Below are positions 25,231-38,779 of a stretch of DNA of 64,000 bases, piece after piece. Position 1 is the stretch's first letter, and each line of letters opens with the position of its first letter. The notes beneath the pieces were generated by a model. That model ran no database searches and was not told the origin of the DNA. It saw only the letters and a program-made list of their open reading frames with translations. The position numbers and the translations under genes were made by a program. Source of the stretch: Carcharhinus amblyrhynchos (Eukaryota); contig OZ336879.1 of NCBI GenBank assembly GCA_965287045.1, positions 50,220,001-50,284,000 on the forward strand, read 5' to 3'.

Positions 25231-26210
25231 ATGGAATACTTAAACAGATTTAAATGAGTAATTAAGAGTTTGCTTATTTAACCTAGCCACAAGGTGAGGA
25301 AGAACAAATAGTATTGAGCAACCACACATGAGAGAAAGTAAATATTCTTTTTCAACCTCCTCCTGTTCTCTTCTGCCCTTTGCTGCCTTTTTGGGACCTA
25401 CCCAACAGCCACAAACATCTAGGCAGTCAGCTGAAATTGGCATTATAGATTCTATTATGGTGATTCTGAACATACCCCAATTTACAGCTGTAGGTCACCA
25501 CCACAAATATGTTATCGAGACCCAATTCGAGTTCTGCCTTGAATATCTGGCACAGAAATTAATGCCAGATTTTAAGGTGAGTTTGGAAGCGGGTTGGGCA
25601 TTTAATTAGAAGGAAGAAGGCATGCGAGCACCAGATGGGAGTGCTGCCTCCATCAAAGCGGTCAGAACAGAAAGGGCAGTGGTTAGACCTACTGCCAGTT
25701 GAGGCATAAGTGGCCATTTATTGACCATTGAAGAACTTCATCCCACCAAAGTTGATATTTGCTCTGCAGCAGGTGAGTTGTTCACCATGGGGAGTGCGAC
25801 TACAAACCTGTGTGGGTTGCTTGTGGTGTCCAAGATGAGGGGGTGGGGGTTTCCTCATTCAAAGGCACTCTAGCTGATCAAGGCACCGAGTATCAGGAAG
25901 GGGGACCTGCTGAGAACCACAACACTTTTCACTGTACCCCGATACATGTGACAGTAATAAATTGAATCTCGCCCCAACCCATGCTGAACATCCTACAGAC
26001 CCCAATAATTCCCAACCTGAGAAACCACTCCCATAATATACTTCTAGCCTTGGTAGCTCCTCGTTCCTGGAGCTCAGGTGGCTTTCATTCCAACACCAGC
26101 CAGTACCTCCTTAGTGAAGCTGCTAACCAGAAGAGCTACTGCCTGGCAGCACTTGGTAGGTAGATTAACACCCCCAGAGATCCTTGATCTTACTTGGCTC
26201 CATGTGTCTG

Positions 26211-26556
26211 AGGGTGGCATGGTGGCACAGTGGGTAGCACTGCTGCCTCACAGCGCCAGAGACTGGGGTTCAATTCTGGTCTCAGGTGACTGGAATTTGC
26301 ATGTTCTCCCCGTGTCTGCATGGGTTTCCTCCGGATGCTCCAGTTTTCTCCTACAATTCAAAGATGTGTGGGTTCGGTGGAATGGCAGTACTAAATTGCC
26401 CCTTACTGTCTCAAGGTGTGTAGGTTAGGATTAGTGGGTTAAATACCTCGGGTTTACAGAAATAGGGCCTGGGTAAGGTAATCTGTCGGTGGATCGATGT
26501 GGATTCAATGGGCTGAATGATCTCCTTCTGCACTGTAGGGATTGTCTGATTCTATG
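26211..26556 (+). mobile_element. HE1-type V-SINE
   Basis: A and B boxes, V-domain, tail CTGCACTGTAGGGATT..GATTCTATGA. Confidence 0.88.
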
Positions 26557-27170
26557 AGTAGGCAAATAGTATGGGTGGGCCTTCCCAGTAAATGGGTCTC
26601 CAGCCAGTAGGCAAGACCCTTGATGCGTCCAGAAAATCCACCCCACCCCGCTCTGATTCTTCTGTGCCTGAAAAATAGGATGAACATAAATTTTCCGCTA
26701 AGGACTTCAGATAGGCCTGAAGGTAAGAAGGAACAACTCATAGAGCAAAGTAGGTGTGCCAGCTCATTTCACAATAAACAAGATTGTCAGCAAAGTATTT
26801 TCTACTGAAGAAATGGCAGCTGGGTTATCTCTTTTTTACGTATTGCAGTGAAAGGGTTTATAGTGCACCCCTAGGTGAACAATCTCAAACCCAAAACAAA
26901 GGTCAACTTTTCGCTCACAGAAACTCAGACTGGGTCTGTGGAAAATTTTTTTGTTTTTACTATGAAGAAAATATATTGGGAAGAACCATGAATTGTAATG
27001 GCAACATCTCAAGTTTGTTAAAGTTAATATTTAACATAAAGTAAATAATGAGGAAAAATGTCACTGATATCAGGGTATTCCCATCCTGACATGTTTTACT
27101 TGAATTAAAACAGTGCATAATGGCTGTTGACTGTTAATAGAGAAAAATTTATTTGGTTTTCTTTTAACAG

Positions 27171-27290
27171 GCTATATATTGATGGTCCATTTGGAAGTCC
27201 GTCAGAGGAAGTCTTCAACTATGAGGTTAGCCTTTGTGTGGCCGGTGGTATTGGAGTGACCCCTTTTGCTTCAGTACTAAATACACTATT
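27171..27290 (+). CDS. NOX4: NOX4 coding exon (human exon 14 equivalent), NADPH-binding GGIGVTPF motif
   Basis: ttttaacag|G CTA...CTA TT|gtacgt; 120 nt; LYIDGPFGSPSEEVFNYEVSLCVAGGIGVTPFASVLNTL(L). Confidence 0.97.
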
Positions 27291-29039
27291 GTACGTGCAT
27301 TTTCTTTCTGACAGTTTGTTCATATGGTTAATTTATATTCATGAGTAAGGAAGAGTTTTGTTGGTTTTAGCTGCCAAGTGAGGAAATGGAAATAATGTTG
27401 AACTATCATCCAAATTAGGTTGAGAGAAAACATTCCTATCCAATTAAATAGATGTATTAATTTAAACTGTTGACTAAATATACAATTACTTCTCTTCATA
27501 ATGGCCATAACAGTATGGAGGTCAGAGCTTTCTCTGTTTATGCCTTATTGGGGGGAAGCTGTTTTCCCCAATCTTGCAGCCAAATCAGTTGTATTTGTGG
27601 AAATATTCTGTTTACGCAATTTTAGTTTTACAGTCAAAAAACTGCCATCAAAAAAACCTGCTCATTCTTATTCACCAGTGCTGTTCTCCAAGTATTGATA
27701 CCCAAAGCAAGGAACTTGCAATATTTGTTTCTGTTTCAGGCTGTTAAACTATAAGCATGTATTTGACTCGGTAATTATCGGACACACCAGAATCTGGCAT
27801 TGCATATTGGACTTTTCCAGTCAGGAATATGTGGTGAAAACTCTCCTGATGCAGATAGATTATGCTGTAACAAATACACAATCTAATAACATATAAAAGA
27901 AATTAACATTGAATTGCTGGCCCACAATTTGTAATCTAATTAGATTTTCCTTCTTTGGTATGGGTGGGTGTGGGGGCGAGGTTGTTACCAACTGGTTGTC
28001 AGGATGTTTGGGATAATGACATGATTTGCTTTCTATATTGCCAATACTGCAAGTGTGTGAATCTTAAACTTGTACCTGGCAATGTGAAAGTCTAAAAGCA
28101 AAATTGCTTAATTAACATTAAAATCTTCTTCCATGAATAGATCCTGGCAGAACTTCATGCCAAGTTATTGGAATGGGAGCATTTTCACTGTTAAATTTAG
28201 GAAGACTTATGTAAAGACAGTTTTTAGAGAGTAAATCCAATTAACAGTAAGTGCAATGTTATTGCCTTGGTTCCCAACCAGTGTGCCATGAAGACTCCCC
28301 AAGTGTGCCATGAAAAAAGGTTCAAAGCTCACTTAAACTAAAACTAGCTTTCATCTTCAGATCTGTAGTTGGAATCTCCAAGATCAGATGAATCTTAGGC
28401 CTCTCGTGCGTGTGCTAGCTAGGAAAGAGCCCCACATGTGTGGTTTAGATTTTTTTTATATCAATTAGGCCATGCACATGACCAATGGGACTTTGAACTG
28501 AAGGCAAAGGCCCCATGCACCTGAACATAAAGCAAAAACTCTAAAAGGGCACAAAACCCTGGGAGAAGTAAGAGAGACAAGGAGAGGTTTAAAAAAACAG
28601 GTGAGAACACTGGGAGAAATAAAAACAAACTTCCCAGCAAGGGGAGAAGACAGAGAAACTAGGAGGGGTGCCTTAATTTTTTTTATTGTATAGAGGCATG
28701 CATTGCTCTATTGCAAAATAATTAACATGAAAGCAATTGCCTTACTCAAAACAATGGCTGGCATAGAAAACAGAAATATGCTAGCAAGAGTTTTTCTAAA
28801 CATTAAGCTAAGGAATGTTGTTGAGATAAGAGTAGATTCAGCTTCACTCCAAGCTGGTTACTCCCTGACCCAGCATGGTTATTACTGAAGCTGAGTGGAA
28901 GTATTCCATTACGACTTATAAACACATAAGATTATACTACCCCTTCAAAAAAAAAGTTCCCTCTTAAACTAAATTCATTAAAGCAAAATGTTCCTCTGAC
29001 AAAATAAACTGTTCGTTCTTTCAAGTTGCACCAACAAGA

Positions 29040-29320
29040 GTGTCAGTAAAGGATACAGATTTAAGGTGTTTCCCAAAAAGTCCTGAGAACAGCGGAGGAG
29101 GGGACTTCTTTACACAATGAATTGTGATGATGTAGAATGCATTTCCTGAAATGCTAGTAGAAATGGATTTGATTGTAACTTTCAAAAGAGAACTGCCACA
29201 TATTAGGCAAGGAAGCATTTGCAGAAGCACAGGGCAAGAGCAATGGAGTGGGATTGGTTGGATAGCACTTCCACAGACAGATGGGCTGAATGGCTTCCAT
29301 TTGTGCTGCAGTTTCTGCAC
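29040..29320 (+). mobile_element. CR1 LINE 3' fragment (degraded)
   Basis: TTCTTTACACAATGAATTGTG..AATGCATTTCCTGAAA..GATGGGCTGAATGGC. Confidence 0.7.
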
Positions 29321-29799
29321 ATACTAATATACTGCATCCAAAAATCAAGGCATTTGAAATTGCTGGCCCGAGTATGGCACAGTGTTGGATCATTGAGTAA
29401 GGGGCAGGTTTAATATGCCACTCTCTTTAGCCACTGTGCTCCTATTTAGAAATCTACTAAAGGCAACAGATAGCTGTTGTACACCAACTAATAAGCTGAA
29501 GTAAAATTGGGCATCAAGGAGCAGGTCTTTTCAATCAACCTTTTGCCCCAAAGTTGTTACTTGACCGTTAAACCAAAGAGGTGAAAAATGAGTAAAACAA
29601 TTAAGAGAGTGAAGTTTTATTTAAAAGAAAATGACTTCTGTGTGAATATCCAACAATAAATTGAGATGCACGAGCTGCTTTGTTATGAATGAAAAGTATT
29701 ACCCCAGCACCTGGATGTTCCCCTCCAAGTATAGCGTGTAAGAAACAATACTTTTCACTGTATACTAATACATGTGACAATAATAAATCAAATCAAATC

Positions 29800-30010
29800 A
29801 AGTCACTCACTATCCTGACTTGGAAATATAACACTGGACCTTCACTGTTGCTGAGTCAAACTCGTAGAACTCTCTCCCTAATAGCACTGTGGGTGCACCA
29901 GCATCCCAGGGACTGCAGCAGTTCAAGGAAGCACTTTCTCAAGGACAACTAGGGATGGACAATAAATGATGGGTCTAGCCAGCAACACCCACATCCCATA
30001 AATGAATATA
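29800..30010 (+). mobile_element. LINE 3' end (CR1/L2-group); related fragment at 6860-6925 (-)
   Basis: CCTGACTTGGAAATATA..GACTGCAGCAGTTCAAG..CAACTAGGGATGGACAATAAATG..GCCAGC. Confidence 0.6.
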
Positions 30011-30075
30011 AAGAAAAATATAATGATGGACAGTAAATTGAGTGTTAAAAAATATTAGTTGCTGTGGGAAATATA

Positions 30076-30852
30076 GGGGGAGATTCTCCCAAAAAAAACT
30101 TAAGTGCCAAATTTGCATGAAAACTGGAGTAACTCCCACTGATATTTTGTAGCAGGATTTTCAGAATGAGTCTCCCACACTCTGAGTACTGCACAGTGCC
30201 CTAGCATGATTCACTTTGAAAATCAGGGGGCAGGGCCTATTCCTGCTGGAGAGGCCGGCAGCATAGCGCTGAGCGGCCACTGCACATGTGCCGATCTGTC
30301 AGAGTGCAGAGGTCCCGTACTGCTAGTCAGCCTGATTGCTGGCCAGCCCCGTGATCCCCATCATTGCCATTCCAATCCCCCACACTCTGGCACTCTAATC
30401 ACTGGCCCCCTTGGCATTGCCTGATGCCTGGTGGGCAGTGCTAAGGTACCCCTTGAGCATTGCCAGTTTATCTCTTAGGCAGTGCTGGGGCCAGCCAACA
30501 CTGCCAGGCTGGCACTGCCTAAGGAGCACCCACCCTTACCCCTGACCTCCTGAAGGGGCCTCCATGGCCTCTGTTCTCTCCAGGAATAGGCTGCCTATTC
30601 CTTGTTAGTGGAGAGCAGCAGTAAACCCTGCTGGAGTGAACCACTCCTGGCAGGGCCACAGAGACGCTAGCGGGCCCACAGAGTTCAGCCCCAGACCCGC
30701 CAATGATAGGCAAATTAAGATTTAAATATTTAAGTCAGCTCCACACCAGAAATCTTGGAGTTGGAGATTTACAGAGATCTTGGAGCCCAGTGGGGAGCTG
30801 CTAAATGGCCTCCGTTCGTGTCCCCTGGTCCATTGCACTGCCAGAATCTGGA
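30076..30852. mobile_element. Non-autonomous DNA transposon (Harbinger-like); same family as 56638-57240
   Basis: GGGAGATTCTCCCAAAAAAA..AAACTGGAGTAA..TCTCCCACACTCTG is shared with 56638; the right end has AGAATC. Confidence 0.6.
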
Positions 30853-31119
30853 ACTTGCCCATTTGTGTAATGGGTGAAAGAGTTAAATTTCTGTCTGCGA
30901 GAAACACCTGTTTGAATAAACAAAATCCAGGTTAAGTCCTGTGAGAATTCCATACTATAACATGAGAAATAAATAGTAGATTACATTGTGGTGATCGATA
31001 ATTGATGACTGCTGAGTGTTGGAATATGGGGCAGAAAAGATGATTCTACTTTGTGAGCTTTATCACAAGAGATATGAAATATAAAAACTAATAGATAAAG
31101 ATAAGACTGTGTAAACCCT

Positions 31120-33965
31120 GAAGATCTCAAGGCTCTGAGGTTTGGATTGTAGTACTGAGATTTTGATGCAAAGTGTGTTGTGTTGCTTCCACAATGACAT
31201 TCACATTGCACATGTCAGTGCTCACTGAGCTGGATGTCATTTTAATGAAGTCATTAATGTGTGTGTGCAGGCAGCATCCACCAGAAGTATACAGTGTGTA
31301 CAGGAAGACCATCAGCATTGGTCACTTGATGCTTTGACATCATTGCTGCCATTTTGGAGCTAAATGCTCCAGGTAATGCCATCTCTTAAACATGCAGAGC
31401 TGAACACACATTCAGCTGCTTGAAAGACACCAGTTGCTGATTGTTTTCGACTTGCTGCGATTGTAGAAGTGTTTGGTGGTCTCCAGAGTTGTTTTAAATT
31501 TACAGATGGCTACAGACAATGGTGTGGCAGATGCTATTGGATTTTGTTGTAACTTCAAGGATTCTTCACAAAGCATCTTGTGTTGCAGTAGTTTGCACCC
31601 TGTGATGTACAACATGACCGAGATACAGAGCTGAGGCGACACAGAGCAAACAAACTGCTGCCAGAGGGAATGGTGGCGGATATGGCATGGGGAAAGTGGC
31701 CCAGAGTGTTGAGGAAACAATTCTCCCATTTGAACCTCAGTGATGAACAGTGGATAAGATGCCTTTGCTTCACTCAAAAGGCCTTTATTGCAAGTTTCCA
31801 GTTTGCTGCAGCTTCAGGGTGCTGGATTTGAGCTGTAAATGGTCATGAACATTTATGTGTCTGGCTCCTTCCAGGGCATATGAGCAATGTCCCCCAGTTA
31901 GCCATTCACAGTGGTGGAAGAGAAGTTACTGGTGCTCTGTATGTCAGGGATTGGCTTTGCAGGGATTGTAGGATTTCCCATGGTGTAGATCGCAACTGAC
32001 TGTATGCAGATAGCATTGGGGGTAGCCCCTGTCAGCTCAGAAATATGCTGCAACTGAAAGGGATTGCACTTTCTCAAAGCTTAGTTGGAAAGTGACCATG
32101 TGCAGCCTCCTGTGCAGGCCAGTTCCCAATATTCGGGCATTAGTCATCTACATTTGAGCTACCACAACAAACCAGGTGGGCAATGATGACTATCCTTTGA
32201 TATGATTCATGACTCCAGCACATGTGTGGACAGCATGCGGAAATGCAAATCACTTTGCCACATGAAATTTGACCAAGTTGACTATTTGAGTGCCCGAGCA
32301 TTGCTTTTGCTGCCTGGACTGTGCTGGGGGAGAGCTTCAGCGCTTAGCATCGTACCTGCCAAGACTTAGTGGACAGCTGCATGCTGCAAACCTCAGCAAC
32401 ATGAGGGCACAGCCCTTGGGTAAATGAAAACCAACTCAGGAGGAAAGGAGTAGCAACCAACACTACCCATATTTGTGCTGTCCATCTGTCAAGATCAGAC
32501 GGTGATACCGGTGAATATAACTTCCTATTCGCCAGCTGCTGCACATCTTACCGTCCCCCTCTAACATTGATCATCACGGTGTCCTCTTGGCCACAATAGT
32601 AAAGAACTACCACAACATTTCAAACAAAAATCATAAATCAAATCATGCCAGATTTGAACTAATCACCATTGTGCATTCCCTGATGCCTGTCTTCCGTGGG
32701 TCTTTGCCAGTCGTAGTGCTTCTGACCAGGGCTACCCCAATGGCTACAACATGGCTGTCAGAAGATTGTTGACTTGTAGTGAGGGAAACTGCAGAAGGCC
32801 TTGGTGCATGACCTCCAGCAGCTCTGGGTCTAGAAGGCCCAGCTTTGAATCACAGTATCTTGGGATATGAGACACCACTAGACTGGCTGAGAGGCAATAG
32901 CGCGGGCATTGGTGAAATACCTCTTCTTGGAGGGTCATGCCTGCCATCTTGAAAGAGGATAATGGGCTCATGCTCCATTGTGAAACTGCCTGCCCTCAGA
33001 GGTGATGGTTTAGCAATCCCAGCATTGTGTTACAAGGCAGATTACTGGACTATTCTGACAGCTTGCAAATTCCTTTGCTCATTGGTATCCGCAGCAACAA
33101 TGGCAGCAGTCTGAGCTGGTATGACTTCAGTGGCATGACTGCTACACACTTTCACCCAGACAGTGAATGGGCTGTACTTCTGCTGCAGTGGAAGCTGAGA
33201 CCTAGACCATCAGACCCTGAATTAAGATGGGATCTGCAAGTGTCTTCTTTGAACTGGCCAACATTGGAGAGAGGATGGGCTCCAGATTCTGCACAAAGCC
33301 CTGTGCCAGAAAGGTGATGAATTCTTGCATTTTCTTGACATTGACAAGCTTTCTAGCAAACCTGCCAGTACGCCAAGCATTGCTGTGCTGATATCTGTCA
33401 GCCACTATCTTCTCTATCCCATCAGTCTGGTTCTTTGAGTCCTTTGAAGCAAAACCTTGTGCAGTCTTGAACTTGGGCAGACTGGCACCTTTTGCAACTT
33501 TGTTTCTTGCGCTGACTCCAGACCAGTCATGCCTCGTGTCTCAACATGTACCTCTAAGCTAATCACTGCGTATGCCAGTATTTGAACTGCTGGCTGCGAG
33601 GGTGAAAGTGTGTAGCAGTGCTTCTTCATCATCACCTCCTCCCGCTCATCCAGCACTGCCGGATATAGGTCTTCTTGAGCATCAGAAAGAAGAATGTCAA
33701 GCAGGTTGGGTTGTGGTGAGCGGAGGGGTTAGATTTTTAGATGTTTATCATTTGCAGCTTGTGGATAGAAGATATTCTGAGCTAAGGGATCAGTAGATGT
33801 GAGGAGGAGATCAGGTATGAACGTACGGTCATCTTTGAGTATTTCTCAAAGCCCACCACTGACTAGCATCTCAGTGACGGCAGCCTCTATCTCCATCCTG
33901 GGAATTCAGGCATGCAGTCTTGCCAGCCCCCATCGATTAGCTGCCTTCAGGTGTGCTCACCCTAC
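31120..33965. mobile_element. Degraded autonomous PIF/Harbinger transposon (HARBI1-like nuclease on + at about 31650-32510; probable convergent second-gene relic on -)
   Basis: Broken motifs in the expected order: NLSDEQ..R.L.F, N.Y.SGSFQG, GFP.V..A.DC..IAL, N.KG.H.L..QL..DH, F.CLD..GG.LQ, CML.NL. The - strand gene is weakly supported. Confidence 0.65.
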
Positions 33966-33973
33966 CTGAAATG

Positions 33974-34305
33974 GCGGCTCGGTGGCACAGTGGTTAGCAC
34001 TGCTGCCTCACAGCGCCAGGGACAAAGGTTCATTCCGACCTTGGATGACTGTCTGTGTGGAGTTTGCAGGTTCTCCCTGTGTCTGCATGGGTTTCCTCCT
34101 GGTACTCCCATTTCCTCCCACAGTCCAAAGATGTGCAGGTCAGGTTGATTGGCCATGCTAAATTGATCCGAGTGTCAGGCAGATTAGAAGGGTAAATGTG
34201 CAGGGTTACAGGAATAGGGCCTAGGTGGGATTGTGGTCGGTACAGACTCGATGGGCAAAATAACTTCCTTCTGTACGGGAGGGATTCTACGACATCTATT
34301 CTATG
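33974..34305 (+). mobile_element. HE1-type V-SINE
   Basis: Full match. Confidence 0.88.
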
Positions 34306-34324
34306 ACAAAAGAGAGAGGGATTT

Positions 34325-34452
34325 GGCTGGAATTTTACCATCTCGCCTATTGTGGGAATTAGAGTGGGCGAGGGACAAGCCATGGAAAGATTCATTGACC
34401 TCCGGTGGGATTTTACGGTTTCATGATGAGCAAGGCCATAAAATTACATCCG
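34325..34452. mobile_element. Short MITE (family of 4114)
   Basis: GGCTGGAATTTTACC...GGGATTTTACG...TAAAATT. Confidence 0.6.
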
Positions 34453-35839
34453 TGACGTGTGTCAGTGAGGGTAGGACAATAGCTGATGTGGCTTTTTGGG
34501 ATATTTAACAGTTGTTCAAGTCAACATGCTGTTTGACTCTGAATCACTCCAGTGGAAGTGATTTTGTTCTTATTAGCTCAAAAATCGGATAATTAAATAA
34601 GATTGATTTTTACTTAATTAATGATTAATTACTGCTCAATAAGCATGCAGTGTGTGATCAGAATCATTCAGCTTTCAGTAAAGATGATGTGAAACAATGT
34701 ATTGTGTGCAACACAGTAGTTTACAGCAAAGAAAAAACTTCAAAACAGCACCAATACAGGATATATATTATGAAATATTGGATGCATTGTAAATACATTA
34801 AAGCAGGAAGCATTATAACATGTCATAATCAGTTGTGCTTTGTTCTAATAATTTGGACTCTCCTGAAATGGTTCTATTGCACCCAAACTTTGATAGTTTG
34901 ATTAACTTTGAGTACAGCTGGTGAGATTAGCAAATGAATAGTTCAGATTAACCTGCATCTTTTAAATTGGCTAAAACCTCTGTAAAAATAATACAAAGGA
35001 ATAAAGTTGTTTTCAAGTTCGCCTACTCAACAACAGCAATTGTTAAGTTTATGTCTGAAAGAACATTTTGTTAAAAACAAATTGCTTATTTTTCAAGGCA
35101 AGCCTTTACAAAATTGTACTTATTGTGTTTTGCATATTCAAACTAAATGATTTGTGGCAACAAGTTACTTTGCGAAGGGTTATTTATTTTCAGAAATTGC
35201 AGATGAATGGTATAGGATATTAAAATAATATAAGACAAGGTCATTCCCTTCAAATCCCCCACTTAGTAATGAATTTAGACAATTCAGCAGTGAATTAGCA
35301 CTTCCCCGTAGGACTACTTCCTAGTCTCAAGTATTTGCATAACCTTTAAACACAAAACAAAAGATGCCTGGGAAATCCAATGGAGAAAGAGAAACAGGCA
35401 GCTAAAAACTCTTTACAGACCCTTGAATCTGAAGGAAAAGGGCTGTTAAACCACAGGAATGAACTTCAAATGGAATTCTGAAAATATTGTTTAGTGATTG
35501 AGCTAAAATAAAGCATGTACCTCAAAAAAACTGCATGCTACATTTAATAAATCCTGACAGATGTCTCATATATTGACCTAGGAAGTAATGACTTTGCATA
35601 GAAGTAGATACTGGCTGTGCCATGCCAAGAGAAAACTAAATTATTTTTCAATGCTGTAAATGGAACATGCTGTTGATGGAATTGTACTTTGGTTGTTTAA
35701 CAGCTGTAATAAACTAGCTACAGCTTGCAGCTTATCATAACCACTTCTTTTCTTCATGTGCCACATCACTGCACACCATGGAACCACAACATTTAAGTAG
35801 GTTTCAGTCAGTGTTCATGTTAGCTAATTATTAAACTAA

Positions 35840-36315
35840 AAAGAGTGCAGAAAAGATTTATTAGGATGCTACCAGGACTTGATGGTTTGAGTTATAAGGG
35901 GAGGCTGGATAGACTGGGACATTTTCCCCGGAGCAGGGAAGACTTAGCAGTGATCTTATTGAGGTCTATAAAATAATGAGAGGCATCAATCAGCTAGATA
36001 GTCAACACCTTTTCTCAAAGGTAGGGGAATCCAAAACTACAGGGCATGGTTTAAGATGAGAGGGGAGAAATACAAAAGGGCCTGGAGGGGCAATTTTTTC
36101 ACACAGAGGGTGGTGTGTGTCTGGAACAAGCTGCTAGAGGCAGTAGTGGAGACAGGTACAATTTTGTCTTTTAAAAAGCATTTAGAGATGAGTATAAAAG
36201 GATATGGGCCAAACGCGAGCAATTGGGACTAGTTTAGTGGTTTAAAAAAAAGGGCGGCATGAACAAGTTGGGCAGAAATGCCTGTTTCCATGCTGTAAAC
36301 CTCTCTGACTCTATA
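35840..36315 (+). mobile_element. CR1 LINE 3' fragment
   Basis: VQKRF.RMLPGL.GLSY..RLDRLG...FFTQRVV.VWN.L pattern and 3' tail. Confidence 0.85.
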
Positions 36316-36507
36316 ATTAATGTCCATTTCAAACAGCTTATACCAAATAGCTTCAATGTTTGGATTTGGGATTCACCCACCAAAGGTACAAAAGCACGAA
36401 CAGCAATAAGTTCTTAACCTCTGGACTCATAAAAAGCAAACTGGGTGGACCAGTGAATAATGTACTTGACAAAACACTCAAAAAGGAATTGAGGTAGTTT
36501 TTTAATG

Positions 36508-36780
36508 CATAGAGTCATAGTCATACAGTGCAGAAAAGGCCCTTTGGCCCATCACATCTGCACAAACAATAATTACCACTAAAGTCACACTAATCCCATT
36601 TTCCTGCACTTGTCCCATATCCTTGAATGTTATGATATTTCAAGTGCTCATCTAAATACTTTTTAAAGGCAATAAGGTTTCCAGCCTCCACTACCTTCCC
36701 AGGCAGTGCATTCCAGATTCCCACCACCCTCTGAGTGAAAAATGTTTTTTCTCAAATCCGATGCCCCTTACTCAAATTTA
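36508..36780 (-). mobile_element. CR1 LINE 3' fragment
   Basis: Reverse-complement ORF2 end (CCCAGGCAGTGCATTCCAGATTCCCACCACCCTCTG) and CATAGAGTCATAG tail. Confidence 0.8.
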
Positions 36781-37130
36781 TCATAATATTGAATACATTG
36801 TCAGAAAGAGTGGTGGAAGCAGATTCAAGGGTAAGACAGAATTGGAAAGGAAAAAATGTGCACTGCTACATGCAAATGCAGGGGACCATGACTAATTCGA
36901 TAGCTTTATCTGAGAGCTGGCACAGGCACAAAGGGCTGACTGATCTTCAGTGCTTTAATATTTTGTGAAATGTATGGACAAATACCACTGATTTGCCCAG
37001 GCTTTCAGGGTTAGATGACTAGGGCATGAATGTTGCATGTTTTGCAGTTGAGACAATTCCCTGATTTACAGGATGTTTGAAACAATGAAGCTAATACAGC
37101 TCTTAGAAATGTTGTTCCTTTTTCTTCCAG

Positions 37131-37239
37131 AGATGACTGGAAACAATACAAGCTCAGACGACTTTACTTCATTTGGGTGTGCAAAGAAATTCAGTCCTTT
37201 CTCTGGTTTGCAGATCTGCTCTGTGGTTTACATGACAAG
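37131..37239 (+). CDS. NOX4: NOX4 coding exon (human exon 15 equivalent)
   Basis: tttcttccag|A GAT...GAC AAG|gtaaga; 109 nt; DDWKQYKLRRLYFIWVCKEIQSFLWFADLLCGLHDK. Confidence 0.96.
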
Positions 37240-37349
37240 GTAAGACCAGATGGTGAAGTCAAGCAACAGATATCCTAATTTGTGCATTGCAGGGTAAATG
37301 CTTGTTCAGTTTTGCTGAGGAATAGCAGCTGGATTTGTTTTCAGAGATT

Positions 37350-37477
37350 TCGGCCGGAACCCTATCACCTCGTCGGCCCTAATTCTGGGGTGGGTGAGGT
37401 TCCCAAAACGGAAATCTCCGCTGGCCTCGGGCAGGATTTTACGATCCTGCCCAAGCGAAGCTGTAAAATCCCACCCT
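37350..37477. mobile_element. Short MITE (family of 4114)
   Basis: GGCCGGAA...GGCCTCGGGCAGGATTTTACG...GTAAAATCCCACCC. Confidence 0.65.
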
Positions 37478-37564
37478 TCATATCAAGCTGTTTGAAGATT
37501 AACCAGAGGATGTGTCTGGGAATGGTATTGTTCCAACGAGAGTATTATCTGATACACTCTGATT

Positions 37565-38232
37565 CCATGTGCATAGATCCCTGAAAGTTGCACCCAGGTT
37601 GATAGGGTTGTTAAGAAGGCCTATGGTGTGTTAGCTTTTATTAGTAGAGGGATTGAGTTTCGGAGCCATGATGTCATGTTGCAGCTGTACAAAACTCTGG
37701 TGCGGCTGCACTTAGAGTATAGTGTACAGTTCTGGTCGCTGCATTATAGAAAGGATGTGGAAGCATTGGAAAGGGTGCAGGGGAGGTTTACCAGTATGTT
37801 GCCTGGTATGTGAGAAGGTCTTATGAGGAACGGCTGAGGGACTTGAGGCTGTTTTCGTTAGAGAGAACGTTAAGAGGTGACTTAATAGAGGCATACAAGA
37901 TGATCAGAGGATTAGATAGGGTGGACAGTGAGATCCTTTTTCCTGGATGGAGATGACGAGCATGAGGGGACATAGCTTTAAATTGAGGGGTGATAGATAT
38001 AAGGACAGATGTCACAGTTAGGTTCTTTACTCAGAGCGTAGTAAGAGTGTGGAATCCCCTACCTGCAACAGTAGTGGATTCGCCAACTTTAAGGGCATTT
38101 AAATGGTCATTGGATAAACATATGGATGATATTGAATAGTATAGGTTGGATGGGCTTTAGATTGGTTTCACAGGTCGGTGCAACGTTGAGGGCCGAAAGG
38201 CCTGTACTGCACTGTACTGTTCTATGTTTCTA
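37565..38232 (+). mobile_element. CR1 LINE 3' fragment
   Basis: LAFISRGIEFRSHDVMLQLYKTLVRLHLEYSVQFWSLHYRKDVEALERVQ, through to a TTCTATG tail. Confidence 0.9.
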
Positions 38233-38779
38233 TCATATTTGATCAAATTTTTAACATTTAAACGTTACAGCAACAAGCTCAATATCTGAGGAAACTTCTT
38301 CAGAATTCCTTGGTGTGCTGTCAAACACTGTTGAAAATCCCAAACAAAAATAAAAAACTAAACCCGTTTGAAGGACAATTCTGAACTATCTGCTCAAGCT
38401 ATATTTTAAATGGTTTGCTTTTGTATTAAATTAACCAATAATTGTAGGGGTGAGTAGAGTTCTGTTAACTACCTGTTTGAAGGTACCATTTTATATCTTA
38501 AAGCACTTGCCAGACTGTAGGCATACTGCCATGAGTGCACTGAGGATTCCAGGGCTGCTTCTGCCTCTTGGAGGTTGCAGTTGGCAGTGGAATGTTGGCG
38601 AGATGCCTCAAGAGGCTGTAGCATCTCAACTTTACTCACAGAACGCCATGTCACAGTGATTACCCCATCACAGGAAGGCCATATTCTCCAGTGGCTGCCT
38701 CACATTTCAAGGATGAGGACATTGTAACCCAGCAGTGCAACTACTCAGTCAAAGCTGGATGTACTTCATTGAGATGGTG

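Noticed and set aside
27127-27348. ORF-track 73-aa protein as a stand-alone gene
   Set aside because: Only 27171-27290 is exonic NOX4; the rest is intron read-through.
28265-28690. hAT/Charlie-like MITE (GGTTCCCAACC..GTGTGCC start)
   Set aside because: No matching right TIR or 8-bp TSD found; too weak to call.
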